DNA from: an uncultured Poribacteria bacterium
GTDB taxonomy: Bacteria > Poribacteria > WGA-4E > WGA-3G
Direction: 5' to 3'
Assembly: GCA_958296135.2 (NCBI GenBank)
Contig: CATQHZ020000001.1
Coordinates: 160,001-224,000 of the forward strand
DNA: 64,000 bases
Part shown: positions 1 to 9,018 of the stretch, piece by piece
How the letters are laid out: every line of letters starts with the position of its first letter
Numbering within the stretch: the stretch's first letter is position 1
Program-made: the position numbers and the translations under genes
The notes under the pieces: model-generated
Database searches by the model: none
The model's input: only the letters and a program-made list of their open reading frames with translations
What the model was told of the DNA's origin: nothing

Positions 1-214
1 ACGAAAAAAGACCTTTTTTTTAGTATTTTTTCACTATTTTTCACTATTTTTTTTAAAAAAGGTGTTTTTTTTATGATTTTCGTGGTTGAGATGCAAAAAA
101 CGCGCGAATTGCGCGCGTTTTCCGCGCGCCGCGCGCGTGTTTTTTGGCAGCCAGGCAAAAACAGGCAAAAAACGCAGGGCTCGTTTCTCGCTCACCTCGA
201 AAACCGCCGATTTC

Positions 215-660
215 ACCGTAGCGCGGGTGCCCGGCGATCGCAAATCGCCGAGGGTTCCCCCCGCGATCTCCCGCCCGACACGAAAAACGCCACTGTTACC
301 GTAGCGCGGGGGCCGTTACGCCGAAACGCTGGCATCTCTGCCGCCTCGCTGCCGAGATGTCCACTGTCCCTCGCGATCTCTCGATCTACGCGAAAACCGT
401 CCGCAGCTCAGAGGCCCCGGACGGTTTTTCTTTAGACCGATGCATGGCGAGGGACAGGCCCTCGCCCTACGGGCCGCGGGGCCGCTTTGCTTCCGCTCAT
501 CGACACGAAAAACGCCACTGTTACCGTAGCGCGAGGGCCTGTCCCTCGCGATCCCCCGACCGACACGAAAACCGTCCGGGCCCTGGGCTTCGGCTGTTTT
601 TTGATGCGATCGAGCACGGCGAGGCACAGGCCCTCACCCTACGGGCTGCGGGGCGTTTTC
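215..660. repeat. Array of GTAG REP-like/REPIN-like composite repeats
   Basis: Repeated gtagcgcgagggcc..tgtccctcgcga and inverted ggcgagggacaggccctcgccctac units; about 365-500 is nearly identical to about 61201-61336. Confidence 0.85.
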
Positions 661-1230
661 CTACTTCCGAATTACCATCTTCCGCGTCGCAGAGAAATCT
701 CCCGCCTGCAGCGTATAGAAATAGACACCGCTCGCAACCGGCTCTCCTTGTGCATTGCGGCCATCCCAATACGCCGCGCGGGCCTGAGCCTGATACACAC
801 CCGCAGGCATCTGTCCTAACGCCAGCGTGCGCACCAGTTTCCCATCCGCCGAATAGATGGAGACCGCGACTTCCGCAGCCTTCGCCAACTGATACGGTAT
901 CCACGTTTCTGGGTTAAACGGATTGGGATAGTTGGCAAGCAGCGCGGTTTGTTTCGGCGTTAGACTTGCGAGGAGCTGCTGCAGCACGGCAATGCCGCGC
1001 CGATACGCAGGGTTTGCGCTGTCCAGCCGTCGCGCCTGCGCGAGCCACTGTTGCACATCCGCCGCCCGTAGGAGAGACCTCCCAGTCTCGATTTCCCTCC
1101 CGGTCTCGATGCTCCTCCCGGTCCCGATATGCCCCGGCGCGAACCCCGGCGCGCCGGCTGCCACCAACACCAGATCCTGAATGCTGACAACGCCATCACC
1201 ATTAACATCAGCGGGATTGGCTTCACTCAT
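661..1230 (-). CDS. C-terminal part of split WD40 surface protein: dockerin/EF-hand-like repeat plus FlgD-Ig/T9SS-A-like C-terminal domain
   Basis: DVNGDGVVSIQDL and ANYPNPFNPETWIPY...GVYFYTLQAGDFSATRKMVIRK; nearly identical to the C-terminus of 61439..63985; ATG at 1230 overlaps the upstream stop. Confidence 0.75.
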   Translation of the reverse strand: MSEANPADVNGDGVVSIQDLVLVAAGAPGFAPGHIGTGRSIETGREIETGRSLLRAADVQQWLAQARRLDSANPAYRRGIAVLQQLLASLTPKQTALLANYPNPFNPETWIPYQLAKAAEVAVSIYSADGKLVRTLALGQMPAGVYQAQARAAYWDGRNAQGEPVASGVYFYTLQAGDFSATRKMVIRK

Positions 1231-2194
1231 CTCTAAAGACAAAGAGGATTTGGCGTGTATTGCCGGTGGCAATATCCCACAGCCGGACGGTGCTGCCCCG
1301 ACTGCCACTGGCGAGTGTTTTTCCATCGGGGCTGAACGCAACGCTCCTGACATCGTCCGTACGTCCGGTGAGTGTTTGGCGTGTATTGCCGGTGGCGACA
1401 TCCCACAGATGGATGGTGCTGTCCCGACTGCCACTGGCGAGTGCGGCACCCTCCGGGCTGAACGCAACGCTAGTGACCCAGTGGGTATGTCCGGTGAGTG
1501 TTTGGCGTGTGTCACCGGTGGCGATATCCCACAGCCGGATGGTGGTGTCAACACTGCCACTGGCGAGTGTTTTTCCATCGGGGCTGAACGCAACGCTAAA
1601 GACGCTGTCGGTATGTCCGGTGAGTGTTTGGCGTGTATTGCCGGTGGCGATATCCCACAGCCGGATGGTGTTGTCCGAACTCGCACTGGCGAGTGTTTTT
1701 CCATCAGGGCTGAACGCAACGCTTAAGACATTGCCGGTATGTCCGGTGAGTGTTTGGCGTGTATTGCCGGTGGCGATATCCCACAGCCGGATGGTTTTGT
1801 CAACACTGCCAGTGGCGAGTGTTTTTCCATCGGGGCTGAGCGCAACGCTAAAGACGCTGTCGGTATGTCCGGTGAGTGTTTGGCGTGTATTGCCGGTGGC
1901 GATATCCCACAGCCGGACGGTGTCGTCCTCACTCGCACTTGCGAGTGTGTTTCCATCAGGGCTGAACGCAACGCTCCGAACATTGTCGGTATGCCCGGTG
2001 AGCAGTGCCACTTCTTGGTAGGTTGCGGTATCGTAGAGCCAAATCCCGACGGAACTCGCAACCGCTAGCAGGGTGCCATCGGGAGAATACGCTATCTCCC
2101 AGATGCGTGGTCCGTCGATAATTACGGGTGATCCCATCAGTGCCATCGTGGAAGTCAATAGCAGCGTGAAGGTTAAAAGCGTTAATTTTTTCAT
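1223..2194 (-). pseudogene. N-terminal part of split/frameshifted WD40 repeat protein (signal peptide plus about 7 blades)
   Basis: GHT..V.SVAFSPDG.TLAS.S.D.T.RLWD repeats end abruptly at NTRQ-ILFVFRDE*; frame changes at about 1235-1250 relative to the intact paralog 61439..63985. Confidence 0.7.
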
Positions 2195-2212
2195 CTGGAT
2201 TTCTCCTGTTGC

Positions 2213-2947
2213 GTATCGGGACCGGGATGTCCCTCCTACTGTTCGGGACAAGGATGTCCCTCCTACTGAAGCGCGAGGGGACAGGCCCCCGCGATCTCGC
2301 GACCGAAACGAAAACCGTCCCTTTCACCGTAGCGCGAGGGCCGTCACGGTCACGCCTACAGCAAACGTGCGTGTGTCGCCCCGCGTAAACACGCTACCTT
2401 TAACGCTATCATCTCTGCAGCCTCGCTGCAGAGATGTCCACTGTCCCTCGCGATCCTTCGATCGAAACGAAAACCGTCCCTTTTACCGTAGCGCGAGGGC
2501 CGTCACGCCGAAACTTTGTCATCTCTGCAGTCCCGCTGCCGAGATGTCCACTGTCCCCCGCGATCTCCCGAACTGCCCGGAAACCGTCCGCAGCCCCGAG
2601 GCCGCGAACGTTTTCTGGTGCGATCGATGCATGGCGAGGGACAGGCCCGCGCCCTACGGGAAAAGGAACGCGCGCGGCCCGGCGAGGGACAGGCCCTCGC
2701 CCTACGGTGAAAGGAACGCGCGCGGCCCGGCGAGGCTCAAGACCGCGCCCTACGGGAAAAGGAACGCGCGCGGCATGGCGAGGGACAGGCCCTCGCCCTA
2801 CGGTGAAAGGAACGCGCGGCATGGCGAGACACCAGACCGCGCCCTACTGGAAAAGGAACGCGCGCGGCCCGGCGAGGGACAGGCCCTCGCCCTACGGTGA
2901 AAGGAACGCGCGCGGCATGGCGAGACACCAGACCGCGCCCTACGGTA
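2213..2947. repeat. REP-like cluster including 7 tandem ~48-bp units (2633-2946)
   Basis: Units start at 2633, 2681, 2729, 2777, 2823, 2871 and 2919 (ggcgag..gccctacgg.aaaggaacgcgcgcggc); upstream REPs carry cargo. Confidence 0.9.
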
Positions 2948-3223
2948 TCATTCGCCTATGCCGCCACTGATAGCAGGGAGAAAGTGAATCTCCGCATCTG
3001 CATCGAGGCGTTCGCGCAGCCCTTCGCGGGTAGTGAGGATACCGTCAATATAGACAGCGATGCCGGGTTTGATGCGTCCCTCTTCGCATAACCGCGCTTT
3101 GACACCGGGATAGCGGTGCTCTAAATTGTCGATGACTTCGCGGACAGTGTTGCCGGGGACGGTGACATGCTCTCTGCCCGCGGTCAAATTGCGCATGAGG
3201 GAGGGAATGGCTACGTGTGGCAT
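2948..3223 (-). CDS. moaD: MoaD/ThiS family sulfur carrier protein
   Basis: 91 aa beta-grasp-like, ...FLPAISGG(IGE) terminus, next to a molybdoenzyme operon. Confidence 0.8.
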   Translation of the reverse strand: MPHVAIPSLMRNLTAGREHVTVPGNTVREVIDNLEHRYPGVKARLCEEGRIKPGIAVYIDGILTTREGLRERLDADAEIHFLPAISGGIGE

Positions 3224-3423
3224 TTTTGTTGTTCCTAGCGGTAGTTCAGCTTCGTCTGGGTAGGTAGTTTTGACTTACCAGGCCGTTTTGACGTTGTCAA
3301 GACTTCCCTCTCTGGGATGCAAGCATCGCCAACGGTGATGTGGCCTGATGCGTCAACCCGGACAAGCGAGGCGGGTAGGCGCGCTTGCAAAGCGCGCCTA
3401 CGGGAATTTGAGGATGGATGAGC

Positions 3424-5679
3424 CTAGATTTTGCCCATCGCTTTCAGCATCCGGTCGGGTGACATCGGCAGTTCTGTCATCCGAATGCCAATCGCATCGT
3501 AGATGGCGTTGGCGATGGCCGCGGGCGGCGGCACAATCGGCACTTCACCGACACCGCGCACGCCATACGGATGTCCCGGATTCGGCACCTCAACGATGAC
3601 GGTGTCTATCATCGGTAGATCCAAGCATGTCGGGATGCGGTAATCGAGGAAACTCGCGTTTGTCATCGTGCCCTCGGCATTGTAGATGTATTCCTCGTTC
3701 AATGCCCAGCCGATGCCTTGGACAACGCCGCCCTGAATTTGCCCCTCAACATAACTCGGATGGATGGCTTTTCCGGCATCCTGTGTTGCAGTGTAGCGGA
3801 GAATCTGCACCTTGCCGGTATCCTCGTCTACCTCCAGGTCTACGATGTGGGTTGCAAACGCGCCGCCAGCACCTGGGGGATTCACGGCAGCACTGCCAAC
3901 GACGGGGCCGCCTGTTTCACCGAGTCGCGCCGACAAATCGTGGAAGCTGAGCTGCGCTTCCTTGCCATTGATGCAGGAGAATTCGCCATCGGCGAACTGC
4001 ACATCTTCTTCATCAACTTCCCAGAGTTTCGCTGCACGTGCGATGAGCTGTCGTTTGACATCTTGCGCGGCTTCATAAGCGGCGTAACCGGTCGCGAACG
4101 TCGTGCGGCTGCCGCCTGTCACGGCGGTGTAGCCCACAGAATTGGTATCCACGACGCTCGGATTGACAGATTCAGCGGGGATACCGAGCACTTCCGCCGC
4201 CTGCATGGCAATAGATGCGCGCGTGCCGCCGATATCCGTTGAACCTTCGACAAGGTTAATCGTGCCATCGGGATTGACGCTGATGGAGACACTGGATGCC
4301 AAGCCGATGTTGAACCAGAAGCCGGATGCGACACCGCGTCCGTGGTGCTTCTTGCCGTTCGGCGAGGTGTAGTGCGGATGCTGTTTCGCCGCTTCAACGC
4401 TTTCAATAAAGCCGATGCGCGGGAAAACCGGGCCGTCTGCGCGCTTGACACCCTCTTTGGCACCGTTCATGATGCGGAATTCCAGCGCGTCAATATTCAG
4501 TTCCTTCGCGAGTTCATCAATCACCGTCTCTGAACCGAACGCGGCGTTGGTTGCACCGGGGGCGCGGTAAGGCGCGCTCTTCGGTTTATTGACGACGACA
4601 TCGTAGCCGTCAATCAGGACGTTCGCAATGTCGTAGGGTGCGAAGATGCACATCGCGCCCGCACCGACAGGCGAACCAGGATACGCCCCTGCTTCAAAGG
4701 CGAGGTGCGTCTGCGCCGCGGTGAGTTTGCCATCCTTCGTGGCACCCATTTTGACGCGGATGAAAGACGCAGGTGTCGGGCCAGTGCCTTCAAACACATC
4801 CGCGCGGTTCATCAGCACCTTCACCGGTTTGCCTGTCTTCTTGGCGAGCAGGGCCGCGACCGGTTCCACGTAGACGTTGATTTTGCCGCCAAAGCCGCCC
4901 CCAATCTCCATCGGCACCACCTTAATCTTGGAGATAGGATACTGAAGGATTTCGGTGAGCTGTTCGCGCACAGTAAACGCGCCTTGCGTGCTACACCACA
5001 CCGTCAACTGCCCATCAGGGTTGTAAAGTGCCGTGGCGTTGTGCGGTTCAATGTAACCTTGGTGGACAGTGCCGGTGACGAACTCGCGTTCAATGATGAC
5101 ATCCGCCTCGGCGAACCCTGCCTCGATATCTCCCTTCTTGTGCTGGAGATGGCTGGCGACGTTGCTAGGTTCTTCGGCGGTTTCGCCCAGCGAGCCGGTC
5201 TTCAGAGTTTCGTGGAGGAGCGGTGCAGCCGGCTCCATCGCTTGACGCACCTCTAGGACAGGCGGCAGCACTTCATAGGCCACATCGATGAGCGCGCACG
5301 CTTCTTCTGCGATGTGTGCGTTCGTCGCGGCAACAGCGGCGATGGCGTGTCCCTTGTAAAGTGCCTTGTCACTAGCGAGAATGTTATCACATAGGTATTT
5401 GAGATGGACCGCGCCTTCACCCAAGTCGGCGACTTTGTCTGCCGCATCAGGCAAATCTTTGGCGGTGACAATCGCTTTGACACCGGGGTATGCTTCGGCG
5501 CGGCTCGTGTCAATGGAGAGGATGCGCGCATGGGCATGCGGGCTGCGGAGCACCCTGCCGTGCAGGAGTCCCGCGGTGTGGAAATCGGCACCGTATAGCG
5601 CACGCCCGGTGACTTTGTCCACACCGTCGTGCCGGATGGGCCGGGTTCCGATAACTTTGTATTCTTTCTTTTCGGGCAT
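3424..5679 (-). CDS. Xanthine dehydrogenase family molybdopterin-binding subunit
   Basis: DGVDKVTG, RSPHAHA, GGGFGGK, TGGSR, GVGE motifs. Confidence 0.93.
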   Translation of the reverse strand: MPEKKEYKVIGTRPIRHDGVDKVTGRALYGADFHTAGLLHGRVLRSPHAHARILSIDTSRAEAYPGVKAIVTAKDLPDAADKVADLGEGAVHLKYLCDNILASDKALYKGHAIAAVAATNAHIAEEACALIDVAYEVLPPVLEVRQAMEPAAPLLHETLKTGSLGETAEEPSNVASHLQHKKGDIEAGFAEADVIIEREFVTGTVHQGYIEPHNATALYNPDGQLTVWCSTQGAFTVREQLTEILQYPISKIKVVPMEIGGGFGGKINVYVEPVAALLAKKTGKPVKVLMNRADVFEGTGPTPASFIRVKMGATKDGKLTAAQTHLAFEAGAYPGSPVGAGAMCIFAPYDIANVLIDGYDVVVNKPKSAPYRAPGATNAAFGSETVIDELAKELNIDALEFRIMNGAKEGVKRADGPVFPRIGFIESVEAAKQHPHYTSPNGKKHHGRGVASGFWFNIGLASSVSISVNPDGTINLVEGSTDIGGTRASIAMQAAEVLGIPAESVNPSVVDTNSVGYTAVTGGSRTTFATGYAAYEAAQDVKRQLIARAAKLWEVDEEDVQFADGEFSCINGKEAQLSFHDLSARLGETGGPVVGSAAVNPPGAGGAFATHIVDLEVDEDTGKVQILRYTATQDAGKAIHPSYVEGQIQGGVVQGIGWALNEEYIYNAEGTMTNASFLDYRIPTCLDLPMIDTVIVEVPNPGHPYGVRGVGEVPIVPPPAAIANAIYDAIGIRMTELPMSPDRMLKAMGKI

Positions 5680-5752
5680 TGCGAATTTCCTCCGATGCGC
5701 GCTTAGAAAGCGCGCCTACGCGTTTGTAGCCATCGCGCTCAGGAGATTGCGT

Positions 5753-6223
5753 CTACATGGCTGCGGCCGCGTCAAGCACGGCACGAACGATTTTATCGTA
5801 ACCGGTGCAGCGGCACAGGTTGCCGGCTAACCAGTATCGGACTTCGGGCTCCGTCGGGTTCGGGTTATTATCAAGCAGTGCCTTTGCACTCATGAGAAAC
5901 CCGGGTGTGCAGATACCGCATTGGAGCGCGGCGTTTTCGAGGAAGGCATCCTGAATCGGATGCAGTCTGTCGGGTGCAGCGAGGCCTTCCACGGTTTCAA
6001 CAACTTTGCCCCCGGTCTCTACACCGAGGACGAGGCATGAATTGACGAGCCTGCCATCTAAGATGACACTGCAGGCACCACAATTCCCGTTGTTGCATCC
6101 CTCTTTGGCACCGGTGAGTTGGAGTTCGTCGCGGAGGACTTCCAAAAGACTCTGCCGTGCTTCGCAGAGGAATTCAACGGAGTCGCCATTGATTTGGGTT
6201 TGAACGTGCGTTTTTCTCGCCAT
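5753..6223 (-). CDS. Xanthine dehydrogenase family (2Fe-2S) subunit
   Basis: KEGCNNGNCGAC, QCGICTPG, GNLCRCTGY; start MARKTHV at 6223 with RBS. Confidence 0.93.
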   Translation of the reverse strand: MARKTHVQTQINGDSVEFLCEARQSLLEVLRDELQLTGAKEGCNNGNCGACSVILDGRLVNSCLVLGVETGGKVVETVEGLAAPDRLHPIQDAFLENAALQCGICTPGFLMSAKALLDNNPNPTEPEVRYWLAGNLCRCTGYDKIVRAVLDAAAAM

Positions 6224-6314
6224 ATTGTGGGCTCCTTTTTTTGTAGGCGTTGCGCGCTTTGAAAGCGCGCCTACCGGTTGGTGAATGCGTACCGCGCCTA
6301 TCGGCGCACCGGGA

Positions 6315-7190
6315 TTAGGCATCCAAGACTCGCTGAATTGCTCCCTTTAAGGCGCGGCGGGTTAGCACACCGACGAGATGCGTTCTCTGTTCGGCGGTGC
6401 CGCGCATGTCACTGATGGGACGCGCAATGGCTTGCGCCGCGGCTGCCGCTTCGTCAATCGCTGCGTCAGAGATTTCTCTGCCGGCGAGCAGCGCGCTCGC
6501 TTCTTCTGCAAAAAGCGGCGTGGGAGCAACGGCTGCCAACGCGATGCGTGCAGAGACAATCGTCTCTTGCGCAGCATCAAGCGTCACGGCCGCACCCGCG
6601 CCGACAACAGCAATATCCATCTCATTGCGCGGGATAAATCGGAGATAGTAGGAACTGGAATGGCTGGACGGCTGCGGTATCTTCAGGGCTACCAGCATTT
6701 CACCTCTCTCCAAGGCTGTCTGTCCGGGCCCCGTGCAAAACGCCCCGACAGGAAGTTCTTTCTCACCGCCCGGGCCTGCGATAACGCAGATGGCGTTGAG
6801 GACGATGAGCGGCGGAATGCAATCCGCGGCGGGGGAGGCGTTACATAAGTTCCCGCCGACGCACGCACGCCCCTGAATCGCGGTGCCGCCGATAATTTTC
6901 GTCGCATCGACTAAGGCTGGAAAACTCTCGCAAATGGACTCTGTACCGTAAATCTGATAACACGGCACAGCGGCTCCGAGTCTGAGTCCGTTTTGCGAGT
7001 CGTGGGTGAGGACATTCACTTCGGGGATGGCTTTGATGTCCACCATCCAGTCAACGTCGCGCTTGGCCTCCCTGACTTGGACGATGAGGTCTGTGCCGCC
7101 AGCCAGGACCCGGGCCTGTTGTCCTTTTTCTTTAAGAACCGCGACGGCCTCCGGCACCGTTTGCGCGGCGACATATTCAAATGCTTGCAT
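6315..7190 (-). CDS. Xanthine dehydrogenase family FAD-binding subunit
   Basis: AGGTDL, GGNLCNASPAAD, ISDMRG motifs. Confidence 0.93.
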   Translation of the reverse strand: MQAFEYVAAQTVPEAVAVLKEKGQQARVLAGGTDLIVQVREAKRDVDWMVDIKAIPEVNVLTHDSQNGLRLGAAVPCYQIYGTESICESFPALVDATKIIGGTAIQGRACVGGNLCNASPAADCIPPLIVLNAICVIAGPGGEKELPVGAFCTGPGQTALERGEMLVALKIPQPSSHSSSYYLRFIPRNEMDIAVVGAGAAVTLDAAQETIVSARIALAAVAPTPLFAEEASALLAGREISDAAIDEAAAAAQAIARPISDMRGTAEQRTHLVGVLTRRALKGAIQRVLDA

Positions 7191-7318
7191 AACCGGTCTC
7201 CATTGCTATCCTTCCGCTCCGCTGGAGCGGGTTAAAGAGATAGTGAAAAAGTAGTTGCGTCTCTAATATGCTATTATAGCAAAAACGCAAAAATATGCAA
7301 GAATTTTTTTTAAGGCAT

Positions 7319-7738
7319 TTAATCCCTTTCGCCGGCCTGCTGTAATGCTTCCTCAATAACCGATTTCCCTAAATAGATTCCGTTCGTCTGCATCTGGATT
7401 AAAAGCGGGATGTGTTGCGCATACCGTCTGGCTCGTTGCTCATCAATAATGACGAGGCGCGCGTTGTGTTCTATTGCCAGGGCAATGACTGCGGCTTCGC
7501 CCGGGTCGAGTTTTATCGGAATCAAAGGGGGTGGCTGAACTACCTGCGGAAATGTTCGGAGCCACGGTGCAGTTTTGAGGGCATTCTGGCGGGCTGTCGG
7601 CTCAATCCCAAGAAACTCCTCTTTAACCTCTTCAGGCATCCACACCTCTGTGTAGAGGGCGCGTAGCAGCGGCAGGTGGTTGAGCATCCATAGCGCAACG
7701 AGTGGGCTATTATTGATAATTACTGGATGTATGGGCAT
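7319..7738 (-). CDS. DUF3368-family PIN-domain protein (toxin-like), apparently with an internal deletion
   Basis: IINNSPLVAL...PEEVKEE...LDPGEAAVIALA...IIDEQRARRYA; the usual GTLG segment appears absent; start overlaps upstream gene. Confidence 0.7.
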   Translation of the reverse strand: MPIHPVIINNSPLVALWMLNHLPLLRALYTEVWMPEEVKEEFLGIEPTARQNALKTAPWLRTFPQVVQPPPLIPIKLDPGEAAVIALAIEHNARLVIIDEQRARRYAQHIPLLIQMQTNGIYLGKSVIEEALQQAGERD

Positions 7739-8921
7739 TCTCGCTTTTTTTGCCAGTGGCAAAGTCCGCTGCAAGTTCCCCTGGCGTTTCTCCGAAAGGA
7801 GAAAGTCGGTATTTCCCCATGAAACCCATGAACTCGCCATACGGCATGCATGCCAGCCGTGCCGCAAGCCCGATGCTGAGTTCATGGGTTTTGTAGTATT
7901 TCAACGCTAACATCACGCGAGTCTCCTTTTCACGTTCACCCGGGTCTTTCTTGGGAGTCAGCAACGCGGCGATGTCGCCTGGCAGTTTAACGCCGGTTTT
8001 CCGTTCAAAATGGACAACGCTTTTGTAGGAACCACGGAACGCGGCGATGATATCCAGCACCTTGAACTTGGCGGCCCCCAAGTCTGCTTTTGCCTTTTCC
8101 CATTCGCGCAGCCGTAACCACGCTTCGCCGCGGTAGTAATGCGCCTCGGCAGACTCCGGGTTGAGGGTTATCGCCGTGTCCTGGTCCTGTATCGCGCGTT
8201 GGGCATCACCCTTGTGAAGGTAAGCCACACCACGATTGTTGTAAGCCATCGGTGCCTCCGGGGCAAGAGCGATTGCGCGATTATAGTCCGCGATGGCACG
8301 TTCAAGCTCACCTTTGCTATCGTAGACAATGCCTCGATTAATATACGCCTCGGGGCAATCTGGTTTGAGCATAATTGCAGTGCTATATTCTGCAATAGCA
8401 ATCGCAATTTCCCCTTTTTTCCACAAAGCGGTGCCGCGGTTGACATACGCCTCGGCAAGTTTGGGGTTCAATGCTATCGCTGTGTTATAGTCTTCAATAG
8501 CGGCAGCCATCGCGGAATGATAGGCAGTTTCGCTGCAGCCGCTAGCGGCCGAGTGCAGACCCACGGGGATGTGATAGCGCTTAAGGATTGCGTCAACCTC
8601 GCCGTTTTTTTCGTAAGCGATGCCGCGATTGACGTAAGCCGCTGCAAACGTCGGCTCTAATGCAATCGCCTGGCTCAGAGATGCAATAGCCATGTCATGG
8701 CAGCCGCATTTGATGGAATCCAGCCCGAGATTGTAGTAGGCTTTAACGGAATCCGGTTGCAATTCGAGTGCCTGCCTGAAAGCACTGGTTGCCAAACCGT
8801 GCTCGCCTTCTTGGCTATAAGCGATACCGCGGGCGTTACGTGCCTCGGCCGGGGCCACTTTTTTTAGTGCATCTGTAGGTACAGCAAACCCGACGGGAAC
8901 TGCAATGAGTTCTCGCATCAC
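7710..8921 (-). CDS. TPR repeat protein with C-terminal UPF0175-like (antitoxin-like) domain
   Basis: Multiple AY.NRG...AI.DY..AI.L.P repeats; C-terminal ALKYYKTHELSIGLAARLACMPYGEFMGFM. Confidence 0.8.
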   Translation of the reverse strand: MMRELIAVPVGFAVPTDALKKVAPAEARNARGIAYSQEGEHGLATSAFRQALELQPDSVKAYYNLGLDSIKCGCHDMAIASLSQAIALEPTFAAAYVNRGIAYEKNGEVDAILKRYHIPVGLHSAASGCSETAYHSAMAAAIEDYNTAIALNPKLAEAYVNRGTALWKKGEIAIAIAEYSTAIMLKPDCPEAYINRGIVYDSKGELERAIADYNRAIALAPEAPMAYNNRGVAYLHKGDAQRAIQDQDTAITLNPESAEAHYYRGEAWLRLREWEKAKADLGAAKFKVLDIIAAFRGSYKSVVHFERKTGVKLPGDIAALLTPKKDPGEREKETRVMLALKYYKTHELSIGLAARLACMPYGEFMGFMGKYRLSPFGETPGELAADFATGKKSENAHTSSNYQ

Positions 8922-9018
8922 TTTTTCTCCTTTAGAAAGTTGATTTGTTGGGAAATATGGTAACCTATTTGGCGGCTAGAAGTCAAGCGAATTTCACAGT
9001 TCGTCTGAATCAGGTTTT

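Noticed and set aside
1-210. AT-rich low-complexity start and short ORFs
   Set aside because: Homopolymer-rich with no recognisable coding or RNA signal; may be low-quality sequence
1181-2068. Antisense and alternative-frame ORFs over WD40 repeats
   Set aside because: Shadow ORFs from stop-free repeated 126-bp units
2633-2946. Possible CRISPR array
   Set aside because: Intervening sequences are constant rather than unique spacers, the repeats are REP-like, and there are no cas genes
2073-2970. Long ORFs across repeat arrays (also 357..917, 57867..58612, 61182..61682)
   Set aside because: Translations of GC-rich REP modules with no RBS or domain evidence
3424-7190. Aerobic CO dehydrogenase (coxMSL)
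   Set aside because: The active-site loop reads APYRAPG, not the form I AYxCSFR; kept as generic xanthine dehydrogenase family
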